A DNA stretch of 17,922 nt from a virus (taxonomy: Duplodnaviria > Heunggongvirae > Uroviricota > Caudoviricetes), in IMG/VR virus record IMGVR_UViG_2526164632_000023. One strand, written 5' to 3'. The notes under the pieces were generated by a model. That model did not search any database. It saw nothing but the letters and a program-made list of their open reading frames with translations, and was not told where the DNA came from. Both the position numbers and the translations under genes were made by a program. This document shows positions 1-7,357 of this stretch, piece after piece (the stretch's first letter is position 1; each line of letters begins with the position of its first letter).

Positions 1-1227
1 GTGGCTGGCACAAACAAACTGAGTGATAAAAAATTAAGATCGCTTCTCGGCGTAAAGCGGGATTCAGTAATTACCATTGCGGATGGTGAAGGATTAAGCA
101 TCAAAGTATCCATGATGGGATGCATTAGTTGGGTTTTCTCTTATCGTCTTGGTGGGCGTGGGAGCAAGTTAGAGCGCATTGTTCTTGGGCGTTACCCTGA
201 CATGTCGTTGAAAATGGCTAGGGAGAAGAGGGAACTATGCCGAAAATGGTATGCGGACGGGCTGAATCCACGACTTGAATTAGAACTTAGCGCAGAAGAA
301 AACCTTAACCCCGTAACTGTCCATGATGCCCTTGAATATTGGCTAATTCATTACGCAAGAAAAAAACGTAGTGACGAGGAACTGGTGCGGGCGCAATTAC
401 GTAAGCATATTTATCCGCGTCTTGGCCACTATCCGTTATCCCGGTGTGAAACGCGTCACTGGGTGGCATGTTTTGATGAAATTAACCAGTTCAGGCCAAT
501 CACTGCCGGGCGAATGTTCCAGATTTGTAAACAGGCCTTAAGATTCTGCAAGGTTCGCCGTTATGCCTCATGTGATGCCCTGGCTTTTATGACAATCCAG
601 GATGTAGGGCAACCATCGGGGCAGCGTGATAGGGTGCTGTCAGATAGTGAGTTAGCTGATGTATGGCGGTGTACTTATAGCGATGAACAGCAATTTTATT
701 ATCTTCGTCTGCTTAAGTTGCTTGTGCTGTTTGGGGCGCGAACAATGGAAGTAAGATTATCACGGTGGAGTGAATGGGATTTTCAGTCATGGATTTGGAC
801 GGTTCCTAAAGAACACAGCAAAACTCGTGAAAAAATAGTTCGTCCAATTCCAGAGGGCATTCGCCCATGGATTGAGGATCTAAAAAAGGAAACGGGAAAA
901 ACAGGAATTGTACTGGGTGAAGAACGTTCCCGCCAGGCTGCTTCGCTTAAAGGGCGTAGGCTATACAAAGATTTTCATCATAATGAGCCATGGACGCTTC
1001 ACGATTTGCGCAGAACATTTTCTACAGGTTTAAATAATATGGGTATTGCGCCACATATTGTAGAGCTTTTACTTGGTCATGCATTGCCGGGGGTGATGGC
1101 TATTTATAACCGTAGTCTGTACTTACCTGAGAAAATGGATGCGTTGAATAAGTGGTATGGCCGATTAGAACTTCTGGCGGGTAATCATCAAAATGTGGTG
1201 CTGTTACCTGTATCGAATAGAGGTTAA
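1..1227 (+). CDS. int: Tyrosine recombinase / integrase, P4-type (satellite/PICI integrase); 5' end lies at the window edge and may be truncated by a few codons
   Basis: 408-aa ORF. N-terminus LSDKKLRSLL...DGEGLSIKV...WVFSYRLGG matches the P4-type integrase arm-binding domain; C-terminus HDLRRTFSTGLNNMGIAPHIVELLLGHALPGVMAIYNRSLY carries the R/H/R/Y catalytic residues. First gene of the island. Confidence 0.9.
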   Translation: MAGTNKLSDKKLRSLLGVKRDSVITIADGEGLSIKVSMMGCISWVFSYRLGGRGSKLERIVLGRYPDMSLKMAREKRELCRKWYADGLNPRLELELSAEENLNPVTVHDALEYWLIHYARKKRSDEELVRAQLRKHIYPRLGHYPLSRCETRHWVACFDEINQFRPITAGRMFQICKQALRFCKVRRYASCDALAFMTIQDVGQPSGQRDRVLSDSELADVWRCTYSDEQQFYYLRLLKLLVLFGARTMEVRLSRWSEWDFQSWIWTVPKEHSKTREKIVRPIPEGIRPWIEDLKKETGKTGIVLGEERSRQAASLKGRRLYKDFHHNEPWTLHDLRRTFSTGLNNMGIAPHIVELLLGHALPGVMAIYNRSLYLPEKMDALNKWYGRLELLAGNHQNVVLLPVSNRG

Positions 1228-1318
1228 ACTGATATTACGGGCATAGGTCGGCCAACCGAAAAGCGGGAAACCCTACCCGCCTGGCTCGTAAAGTATTTAG
1301 GGCGTTGAGGGTAGCGCA

Positions 1319-1429
1319 ATGGCTAACGACATTAAAATTCCTTTTCAGTATTGCAACATTGAACGTGCATCAAGATTGCTGGGTTGCGAGATTAGCGATC
1401 TCGTGAATTTAGGTGTTACTAAAAAATAG
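1319..1429 (+). CDS. Very small ORF (36 aa) with helix-turn-helix-like segment; may be an N-terminal fragment of the downstream gene
   Basis: ATG 1319 to TAG 1427-1429, MANDIKIPFQYCNIERASRLLGCEISDLVNLGVTKK; ERASRLLGCEISDL resembles an HTH recognition segment. Ends in an A6 run; one extra A would fuse it in frame to the 1471 ORF. Below the ORF-track size cutoff. Confidence 0.2.
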   Translation: MANDIKIPFQYCNIERASRLLGCEISDLVNLGVTKK

Positions 1430-1470
1430 CTTTATGCCTAAATTTATTTGATGCTCGCGCTGTTTTATAT

Positions 1471-2247
1471 ATGAATACTGATAGCGAGTCTGCAACTGCT
1501 TGGTTTGATACCAGAAATGCAAAATCGACCACATCACTGATGGGGAACAATATTACGGAATACTCCAGATTTCATCTTTTCAGATACAATTATAATGAGG
1601 AGACAGATGAAACTATACACGCGCCTTTATTCGGTCAAGACTCAGAAAACGGATGCTTTAGCTCTATTGGTAGGGCTTATGGATTGTGGCGCCTTTGGAG
1701 TGGGCTGGAAGAGCTACAAAATTTTGGAGAGTATTCCCTAAGTGGTTTTGAATTAACCCCGTGTCATCCAGAAACTGATAATCCTGCCGTACAACTTTTA
1801 ATGGTTGGTGAAGATAGTGATTATGATGAAGAAGACGATCAAATATTAAAGAATAATATTTCTATAAATGACTTGTGGATTACCGCTCATGATATAAGGC
1901 GACTTCTTGACTGTGGTGGCGATTATTTTACGCTAACAGATAATTTTGAATCTGTAGAACCTCACAAGATGAATGGCAATGAAATTGTGCACCATTCTGC
2001 TGAAAGACATGCAAGAAATCGAGAGCAAATTTTAATGGTTGCTATGCGTTTTAAAGAAGAGCAACAAAATACTTTTAATGAGACCTGCAGAAAAAACGAT
2101 GGAACGATTAACTATTCTGCTTGGGCTCGTGAGTTGATCGCCAGACCTGATTGGTTCATTAATAGTGAATTGCCAATAAAAACAGAAACAAAAATAGCAG
2201 CAATTTTAAGTAATGCTCATAAGAGGCCGAGTGAAAGATCGCAGTAA
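1471..2247 (+). CDS. Hypothetical protein, AT-rich orphan/accessory gene (no recognisable domain)
   Basis: 258-aa uninterrupted ORF with visibly lower GC than its neighbours, acidic stretch GEDSDYDEEDDQ, no motif I recognise. Sits between int and alpA. Confidence 0.6.
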   Translation: MNTDSESATAWFDTRNAKSTTSLMGNNITEYSRFHLFRYNYNEETDETIHAPLFGQDSENGCFSSIGRAYGLWRLWSGLEELQNFGEYSLSGFELTPCHPETDNPAVQLLMVGEDSDYDEEDDQILKNNISINDLWITAHDIRRLLDCGGDYFTLTDNFESVEPHKMNGNEIVHHSAERHARNREQILMVAMRFKEEQQNTFNETCRKNDGTINYSAWARELIARPDWFINSELPIKTETKIAAILSNAHKRPSERSQ

Positions 2248-2269
2248 GCCTTACTCATATACTCCTAAG

Positions 2270-2302
2270 CATACTGATATATTTATAAGCATTATCAGTA
2301 TG
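2270..2302. repeat. Perfect inverted repeat (10-bp arms CATACTGATA / TATCAGTATG, 13-nt spacer); terminator or operator candidate
   Basis: Read directly: catactgata at 2270-2279, reverse complement tatcagtatg at 2293-2302; 23 bp after the stop of the 1471-2247 ORF and upstream of alpA. Confidence 0.5.
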
Positions 2303-2384
2303 TTTCTATGATTACTACTGTGTTTTAATCCAGTATTAAAGATTGCAAAATAGCCTCCGCAAGCATAGATACAGTGGAGGCAAT

Positions 2385-2669
2385 ATGACAAAAACCACAT
2401 TCATTCCCCCAACTCCAGAACAACGCCGGGCGCTTCTTGAAGAATACGGTTTTGAATTTGATCGCCGTATCCGTGAAAAGGAATGCCAGGAAATCACCAG
2501 TCTGTCGCGCTCAACTCGCTTCAAAATGGAAAATGAAGGGCGTTTCCCGCCTCGTTGTCATTTCGGGCGCAATAGCTGTGCGTGGCTTCTCTCTGATGTG
2601 CTTTGGTGGGTTCGTAACCCACCTGCTGTAGATAAAGTCAATAATCCGTACGGTAAGAAAGCTGCATAA
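2385..2669 (+). CDS. alpA: AlpA-family phage/island transcriptional regulator (HTH, excisionase-like)
   Basis: ITSLSRSTRFKMENEGRFPPRCHFGRNSCAWLLSDVLWWV matches the AlpA/Xis-type HTH. Start chosen at ATG 2385, 6 nt after a GGAGG Shine-Dalgarno (2376-2380), rather than the ORF-track start at 2343. Confidence 0.75.
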   Translation: MTKTTFIPPTPEQRRALLEEYGFEFDRRIREKECQEITSLSRSTRFKMENEGRFPPRCHFGRNSCAWLLSDVLWWVRNPPAVDKVNNPYGKKAA

Positions 2670-2696
2670 GGGGGGAGTTATGACACATAAAACAAA

Positions 2697-2716
2697 GGCG
2701 ACCGGGGGCGGTCGCC
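2697..2716. terminator. GC-rich hairpin between convergent genes (candidate terminator for the minus-strand operon)
   Basis: ggcgaccg / cggtcgcc 8-bp stem with GGGG loop; on the minus strand it is followed by a T-rich tract. Lies between the alpA stop and the stop of the minus-strand ORF at 2781. Confidence 0.4.
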
Positions 2717-2780
2717 AATGGGAAAACACTAAACATAAGCCCGAACATCATAGTGATTTGCTGGCTGGTGGGCAATGTGA

Positions 2781-2969
2781 TCAGTCAGATTTGGTTCGTT
2801 CCAAGGTTTGCAACGAGAGCTTTTTCCTGTGCTCTTTAAGGAATTGCTCAAGGGCAAAAGCACATGGCGCGAATCTTTCTGATTCATGCTCTATCTTTCT
2901 GCGCCGTCTTTTCCGTGCCGGTGATAATGTTTTGGTCAATTCTTTATCGGTCATTGTGTTGTCCTGCAT
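2781..2969 (-). CDS. Small highly basic hypothetical protein (57-62 aa), downstream of the RHH gene on the minus strand
   Basis: ORF MQDNTMTDKELTKTLSPARKRRRRKIEHESERF...; an alternative start at the second Met (coordinate 2954) has an AGGA upstream. No recognisable family. Confidence 0.3.
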   Translation of the reverse strand: MQDNTMTDKELTKTLSPARKRRRRKIEHESERFAPCAFALEQFLKEHRKKLSLQTLERTKSD

Positions 2970-3011
2970 AGCAATGCGCCGTAGTTACTCACACCACGGC
3001 GCTGGTGATGG

Positions 3012-3190
3012 TTACTCCTGCTCTTTGGCCTTGCGACGCTGGCGGCGTTTGATCTCACCTTTAACGGCAGTAACTATAAATTGCGCCTTGCTTTCACCTT
3101 CATCTAAATTTTTTCTAAGTCTGCAACAACATCATGCGGGAATCTGGCATTTAACTGTTGCGACTTATTATTTGTTGAACCTGTTGCCAT
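3012..3190 (-). pseudogene. Ribbon-helix-helix (CopG/Arc/MetJ-like) DNA-binding protein gene, interrupted by an apparent +1/-1 frameshift in a homopolymer run
   Basis: Minus-strand ATG at 3190 gives MATGSTNNKSQQLNARFPHDVVADLEKI then a stop. The adjacent frame continues DEGESKAQFIVTAVKGEIKRRQRRKAKEQE to a TAA at 3012-3014. Adding one base in the A3/T6 run at 3106-3114 restores a 59-aa product with beta-strand, helix, G-x-S turn and second helix. Confidence 0.5.
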
Positions 3191-3301
3191 TACTGAATCC
3201 TCTCTAAGTTGGTGCGATTCAGTATACACAAAAAAAATTTCAGAGAAAGAGTTGAAGTGCGATTCACTTACTGATGGGTTAAAAACGAATGGTGCGATGC
3301 A
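3191..3301. promoter_or_regulatory. Divergent control region with operator-like repeats between the RHH gene and the rightward early operon
   Basis: Inverted repeat TACTGAATC (3191-3199) / GATTCAGTA (3216-3224); three direct copies of GTGCGAT(T/G)CA at 3212-3221, 3257-3266 and 3292-3301; A8 tract at 3229-3236. Confidence 0.45.
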
Positions 3302-3380
3302 CCAAACAACAACGCCCCGCAGTGGTGGCACACATGCAGGGCGTCTAACCACCAACGATAGCGAAAGTATCGAGGTAGCT

Positions 3381-3584
3381 ATGAGAAATTATACCAGACA
3401 CCCGCAAGGGCGGGACTCGTACAACCTGAATAAATACATCTGGCGTTTTATCGCCCTGAGCACGGCACAACCGCGCGTGATTACCATTGAGGCCACCAGC
3501 GAACAGGAAGCACGCCAGCAATCTCCTGATGACTGCGTGATGGTATTCGCCGCCCGTATTCGTCAGGGGGTGCGCCATGCATGA
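3381..3584 (+). CDS. Hypothetical small protein (67 aa), first gene of rightward early operon
   Basis: ATG 3381 preceded by GAGGTAG; the ORF-track extension back to 3252 uses a TTG inside the operator repeats with no RBS. No family recognised. Confidence 0.35.
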   Translation: MRNYTRHPQGRDSYNLNKYIWRFIALSTAQPRVITIEATSEQEARQQSPDDCVMVFAARIRQGVRHA

Positions 3585-3792
3585 TGACCGTTATTTTAAA
3601 TCAATGAGCCATGCAGAAAACGCACTGACTAACAGTGAATGTTTGAGGCAAATATTTCTTATCTGGCTTGATGGTTTAAGTGATGCGCCGGAAGATGAGC
3701 GTGAGTCTAATCTTGCTGGTGCGTTTATTTCATTACTCGATACGGTAATCGTCGAATTAAATAAAGCGATCGAAATTCACGATAAAAAATAA
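3577..3792 (+). CDS. Hypothetical small protein (71 aa)
   Basis: ORF overlaps the upstream stop (coupled arrangement); no family recognised. Confidence 0.4.
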   Translation: MHDDRYFKSMSHAENALTNSECLRQIFLIWLDGLSDAPEDERESNLAGAFISLLDTVIVELNKAIEIHDKK

Positions 3793-3808
3793 ACGCGGAA
3801 TAAAAACC

Positions 3809-4096
3809 ATGAAACAGAAAATTTCTGGCTTTACTGCCAGCGGCCCCGCTCGGCCTGAAATCCGCCCCGGCGATATTTTCCGGGATAACTATGGCGGCAC
3901 GGTAACGATAAAAGGCGTGGTAGAACGGCACATTACTTACCGCCGTGAAGGTTATGAATATGACTGCGTGATGCCTGTTTATCAGTTCCGGCGTGATTTC
4001 ACGCTGGTGGGCCATCGTAAAGCCGTAAATCAGAAACGTGCAGCAAGTCATATCCGCAAAATTCGTGAAATGCTGGTCGCAGGGGGTAAAAAATGA
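3809..4096 (+). CDS. Hypothetical protein (95 aa), translationally coupled to the replication ATPase
   Basis: Stop overlaps the start of the 4093 ORF (ATGA). Confidence 0.5.
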   Translation: MKQKISGFTASGPARPEIRPGDIFRDNYGGTVTIKGVVERHITYRREGYEYDCVMPVYQFRRDFTLVGHRKAVNQKRAASHIRKIREMLVAGGKK

Positions 4097-5499
4097 AACT
4101 GGCACCGAACGTAAAACTGTTACCGAAAGATAAACACACTGAGGCGGTTATTTTTGCGGGTGATAATGCTCACTCCTTTGCAGAACATTACATGATTGCA
4201 CAGGCCAAAAAAGCAGGCGATCCCATCCCTCCGGTTTACCTGGGCCGTTATCAGTTAAGCGAACTGGACAACCTGCAGATTGTTGATGAGGGGCGATACA
4301 GGGTAACGGTGATACGCGCCGGAAATATTGACGAAGCGCAGCTGTTAACCATAGCGACAAAACTGGCGATCGCCGGAGTCCAGGAAGCGCGGCTGCTTTC
4401 TGAAAACTTCGAATTACTGGAGAAATGGACCGACCAGCTTCCACGGCTACGGGAGACATGGGAGAGAGGGGAAAGCCTGATCATGAACGGAGGAAAACAA
4501 AAAATCACGCTACCGATTTCATGGGGTTCTGAGGGATTCGACGCGCAGCAAAGCTACGTAATTAAGGGGCTTATTCCGGCTGAATCATTATGCAGCACCT
4601 ACGGGGCCAGCGGTTCTTATAAATCGTTCCTGGCTATTTCCTGGTCGTGCCATGTTGCCACAGGTATGGCATGGGGAGGCCGCAGGGTAAGTAAGGGCGC
4701 GGTTATCTATATCGCTGGCGAAGGCAGTATGGGCGTAAAACGCCGCGTTAAGGCGTGGGAGATAACCCACGACAAGGTGGTTACGGATTTGTGCATCGTT
4801 AACGCGCCTGTCTTCCCTGCATCGCCTGACTATGTGGAGCAGGTTATCAGGACTGCCGGACTTGTTAAGAGCAGAACGGGCGAAAATGTGCGGCTGATTG
4901 TGATCGACACGCTGGCCCGTTGCTTTGGTGGGAATGATGAAAATGATTCCCGTGATATGGGCGCATTTATCCAGGGGTGTGACGCGATAAAGCAGGCCAC
5001 AGGGGCCACGGTACTGGTGGTTCACCATTCCGGCAAGGATGAAACAAAGGGGGCGCGAGGTTCCAGCGCATTCCGCGCTGCACTGGATGCAGAGTACCGA
5101 ATCAGCCGGGAAAATTCAGACGTTACAGCACTGGTGGCGGCGTGTACGAAGATGAAAGACGCAGAGGAGCCAAAAGAGAGCGCATACGACCTTAAAAGCG
5201 TGGAGGTGTTTACCGATACCGATGGCGAAGAGATTGTGTCCATGGTGGTGATTGACGTTCCCCGCGCCCCTGCTGAACTGGAGCGCATAGAGGAGGCCGG
5301 GAACAAGACGGAAAATCACACGGCTTTATGGGGTTGTATCCGGTCACGTATACAGCATGGTGATAAATGCACGATCCCGCTGCTACGTGATGACATGAAA
5401 AAGCTGGGATATGACACAAAACACCTTAAACGATGGTTAGCCAAACTGGAAAAAGACGGCGTGATTTGCGTCGATGGGGATGATGTTCACCCACTGTAA
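4093..5499 (+). CDS. Replication initiator / RecA-fold AAA ATPase (RepA-like helicase, AAA_25-type) of the island
   Basis: 468 aa. Walker A GASGSYKSFLAISW, Walker B LIVIDTLARCFGG, VLVVHHSGKDETKGARGSSA motif typical of RepA-like helicases; followed directly by an iteron array. Confidence 0.8.
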   Translation: MKLAPNVKLLPKDKHTEAVIFAGDNAHSFAEHYMIAQAKKAGDPIPPVYLGRYQLSELDNLQIVDEGRYRVTVIRAGNIDEAQLLTIATKLAIAGVQEARLLSENFELLEKWTDQLPRLRETWERGESLIMNGGKQKITLPISWGSEGFDAQQSYVIKGLIPAESLCSTYGASGSYKSFLAISWSCHVATGMAWGGRRVSKGAVIYIAGEGSMGVKRRVKAWEITHDKVVTDLCIVNAPVFPASPDYVEQVIRTAGLVKSRTGENVRLIVIDTLARCFGGNDENDSRDMGAFIQGCDAIKQATGATVLVVHHSGKDETKGARGSSAFRAALDAEYRISRENSDVTALVAACTKMKDAEEPKESAYDLKSVEVFTDTDGEEIVSMVVIDVPRAPAELERIEEAGNKTENHTALWGCIRSRIQHGDKCTIPLLRDDMKKLGYDTKHLKRWLAKLEKDGVICVDGDDVHPL

Positions 5500-5700
5500 A
5501 AAGTGGGCGTTAAAAGTGGGAATAGTGGGTAATTTAACTGGAATTTAACAAAATCGCCCACTTTCCCACGTGTATACATCCCAAAAAGTGGGCACTAAAA
5601 AAATTCTTATGAAACAGCACGATATAAAACCACAAAATCCCAGGTGGGACGAAGTGGGAAACCATGAAAAGTGGGTAGAAAAAGTGGGCACAGGTGGGCG
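5490..5700. repeat. Iteron array (about 10 copies of (A/G)GTGGG, mostly as AAAAGTGGGNA, two inverted), candidate replication origin
   Basis: Read directly: AGTGGG at 5502, 5515, 5524, 5587, 5653, 5670, 5683; GGTGGG at 5643, 5693; inverted CCCACT at 5490 and 5557. Immediately downstream of the rep gene. Confidence 0.6.
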
Positions 5701-5701
5701 C

Positions 5702-5953
5702 ATGACCAGAAAAACCAGAGATAAGACAACACCAAAATATCGCGCATTAGACATGACAGAGCACGCCTTAAAGGTGGCAATCAGAACGATAGACCGCCAC
5801 GCCGGAGAAGGATACGCGAAAGCACATCCCGAACTGATAAGCGCATTCATGATCACGGCGGCGGCAAATTTTGCCACACTGACAGAACGGGAGATTGCCG
5901 AAGCGGAACAGGTGACAACCATCAACGTTAAAACCGGAGAGCAGACAGCATGA
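5702..5953 (+). CDS. Hypothetical protein (83 aa)
   Basis: Start moved to ATG 5702, just past the iterons; the ORF-track N-terminal 44 aa would be translated through the repeat array. Stop overlaps the ssb start (ATGA). Confidence 0.45.
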   Translation: MTRKTRDKTTPKYRALDMTEHALKVAIRTIDRHAGEGYAKAHPELISAFMITAAANFATLTEREIAEAEQVTTINVKTGEQTA

Positions 5954-6375
5954 CAGCACAGATAGCGGCTTACGGGCGGCTGGTGGCTGACCCGCAGCTA
6001 AAGACCACCAGCAAAGGGACACAAATGGCGATGGCGAGTATGGCGGTTCCCCTGCCATGCAGCCAGGCAGATGACGGAACGGCGACGATGTGGTTATCTG
6101 TCCTGGCGTTTGGCAGACAGGCCGACGCACTGGCAAAACACCACAAAGGCGAACTGGTGAGCGTGGCGGGTAACATGCAGGTGAGCCAGTGGACAGGCCA
6201 GAACGGGGAAACGCGGCAGGGCTGGCAGGTTATTGCAGACAGCGTAATCAGTGCGCGAACGGCGCGACCGGGCGGCAAAAAAGGTCAACAGGGCCAGGCC
6301 ACTGACGCACTGAACAGGGCAAAACAACAGACAAGCCAGCACGATGACCCGTACGGGGATAACATACCGTTTTAA
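5950..6375 (+). CDS. ssb: Single-stranded DNA-binding protein
   Basis: 141 aa; OB-fold-like N-terminal region, Gly/Gln-rich linker, acidic C-terminal tail ending DDPYGDNIPF (canonical SSB tail ends DDDIPF). Confidence 0.8.
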   Translation: MTAQIAAYGRLVADPQLKTTSKGTQMAMASMAVPLPCSQADDGTATMWLSVLAFGRQADALAKHHKGELVSVAGNMQVSQWTGQNGETRQGWQVIADSVISARTARPGGKKGQQGQATDALNRAKQQTSQHDDPYGDNIPF

Positions 6376-6411
6376 TTCACAACAGCGAACAGAGTAATTA
6401 CGGGGGAAGGC

Positions 6412-6954
6412 ATGACAACGCTGACCATTAACCGGAAGCCGAAAGGCATTTACGGCACGCCGCAGAAAACGACGCAGGCGGCGCAAGAGCAGGATAAAAC
6501 CACATCGGCGCATAAAGTGATACCCGATAATCAGAACGCACAGCAGAGCCGCAAACAGAAGACCGCAGGGGCGACACCGTGGCAGCATATGACCAAAAGA
6601 CAGCGCAAAAACCGCCGACGCGTTAACCGCCTCACTGAGATGTGGCCTGACTTATTCAGCCATAAAGCACCGAAGCCGCTTAAGGTGGGGATATTCGACG
6701 ACCTGATGCAGGATATCGCCGTCAGGGGGCTGGCATTCGGGTCGGGGGTATTACGTGCGACGCTGGCATCCTATGCGCAGTCTCCGCGCTATTACCGCGC
6801 CCTGATAGCTGGTGGCGCACGTTACGACCTGAAAGGCCAGCCATGTGGGGAAGTGACACCACAGGAACAGCAGGAGGCAGAAACACGGCTGATGGTGCTG
6901 AATGAGAAGCACAAGCGCCAGCGCCGGGCAGCAAAGGGGGATACATGCCAGTGA
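6412..6954 (+). CDS. ProQ/FinO-domain RNA-binding protein
   Basis: Central region PLKVGIFDDL...LRATLASYAQSPRYYRALIAGGARYDLKGQPCGEVTPQEQQEAE aligns by eye with the ProQ/FinO N-terminal domain as I remember it (PLKIGIF.DL ... LRSALRLYT.S.RY ... RVDLDGNPCGEL). Basic N- and C-terminal extensions. GGGGAAGG RBS before ATG 6412. Confidence 0.8.
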   Translation: MTTLTINRKPKGIYGTPQKTTQAAQEQDKTTSAHKVIPDNQNAQQSRKQKTAGATPWQHMTKRQRKNRRRVNRLTEMWPDLFSHKAPKPLKVGIFDDLMQDIAVRGLAFGSGVLRATLASYAQSPRYYRALIAGGARYDLKGQPCGEVTPQEQQEAETRLMVLNEKHKRQRRAAKGDTCQ

Positions 6955-7193
6955 CATTTGAAGAAGTTCAGCAACATAAAAAGCTTCATGGTTTTGATGA
7001 TCTGGAAACCACGACAGCAAAAAAATATCGTCGGTTGCTTTCTTCCGATGCGTTATTTTTTGTGGATCATCATGATTTTCTGCGTAGCTCACTGACCGGG
7101 GAAATTTTCGCAACCAACCGTGAGCAGGTGGAAGCGATGATCGAATATTTGTGGAAAATAAGACGCAGAATGCGGGAGCCAGTGAAACAATAA
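6945..7193 (+). CDS. Hypothetical protein (82 aa), last gene of early operon
   Basis: Start overlaps the previous stop; followed by a terminator hairpin. Confidence 0.5.
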   Translation: MPVTFEEVQQHKKLHGFDDLETTTAKKYRRLLSSDALFFVDHHDFLRSSLTGEIFATNREQVEAMIEYLWKIRRRMREPVKQ

Positions 7194-7202
7194 AGCGATA
7201 AA

Positions 7203-7229
7203 GGCCCGGATTTTTTCCGGGTCTTTTTT
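7203..7229 (+). terminator. Rho-independent terminator after early operon
   Basis: CCCGGA / TCCGGG stem with T-rich loop, followed by a T run (aaggcccggattttttccgggtctttttt). Confidence 0.5.
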
Positions 7230-7264
7230 CAGGTTTTGTAAATTATTTGTTCGTGGTTGTTCCA

Positions 7265-7272
7265 GGTTGTTC
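7265..7272. repeat. Target-site duplication (left copy) GGTTGTTC
   Basis: Identical 8-mer directly abuts both IS ends (7265-7272 and 9976-9983). Confidence 0.8.
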
Positions 7273-7357
7273 GTAAGCGCATCATTTAAACCGTCTTTCG
7301 CCTCCCTTTCCTGTTTCCGATACTAATGTCCATTTTCGCAGTAAAAGGACATTTAAG

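Noticed and set aside
2353-2381. Hairpin pairing GCCTCC with the alpA Shine-Dalgarno GGAGGC
   Set aside because: Only a 6-bp stem with a 17-nt loop; too weak to call a regulatory structure without folding energies.
2680-3207. 175-aa + strand ORF
   Set aside because: Runs antisense through the minus-strand RHH/basic-ORF pair and the GC hairpin, has no RBS, and the translation looks like low-complexity noise; treated as a shadow ORF.
3252-3380. N-terminal extension of the 3252-3584 ORF (TTG start)
   Set aside because: The start would lie inside the operator repeats with no Shine-Dalgarno; ATG 3381 with GAGGTAG upstream is a better start.
5570-5701. N-terminal 44 codons of the 5570-5953 ORF
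   Set aside because: This stretch is the iteron array itself, so an open frame here is most likely a by-product of the repeats.
6094-6588. Long minus-strand ORFs antisense to annotated + strand genes (for example 6094-6588, 8967-9437, 9362-9823, 13630-14043, 14059-14556, 15748-16143)
   Set aside because: Each lies fully within a confidently assigned + strand gene; translations are Cys/Arg/Pro-rich with no recognisable motifs, typical of shadow frames in GC-rich coding DNA.
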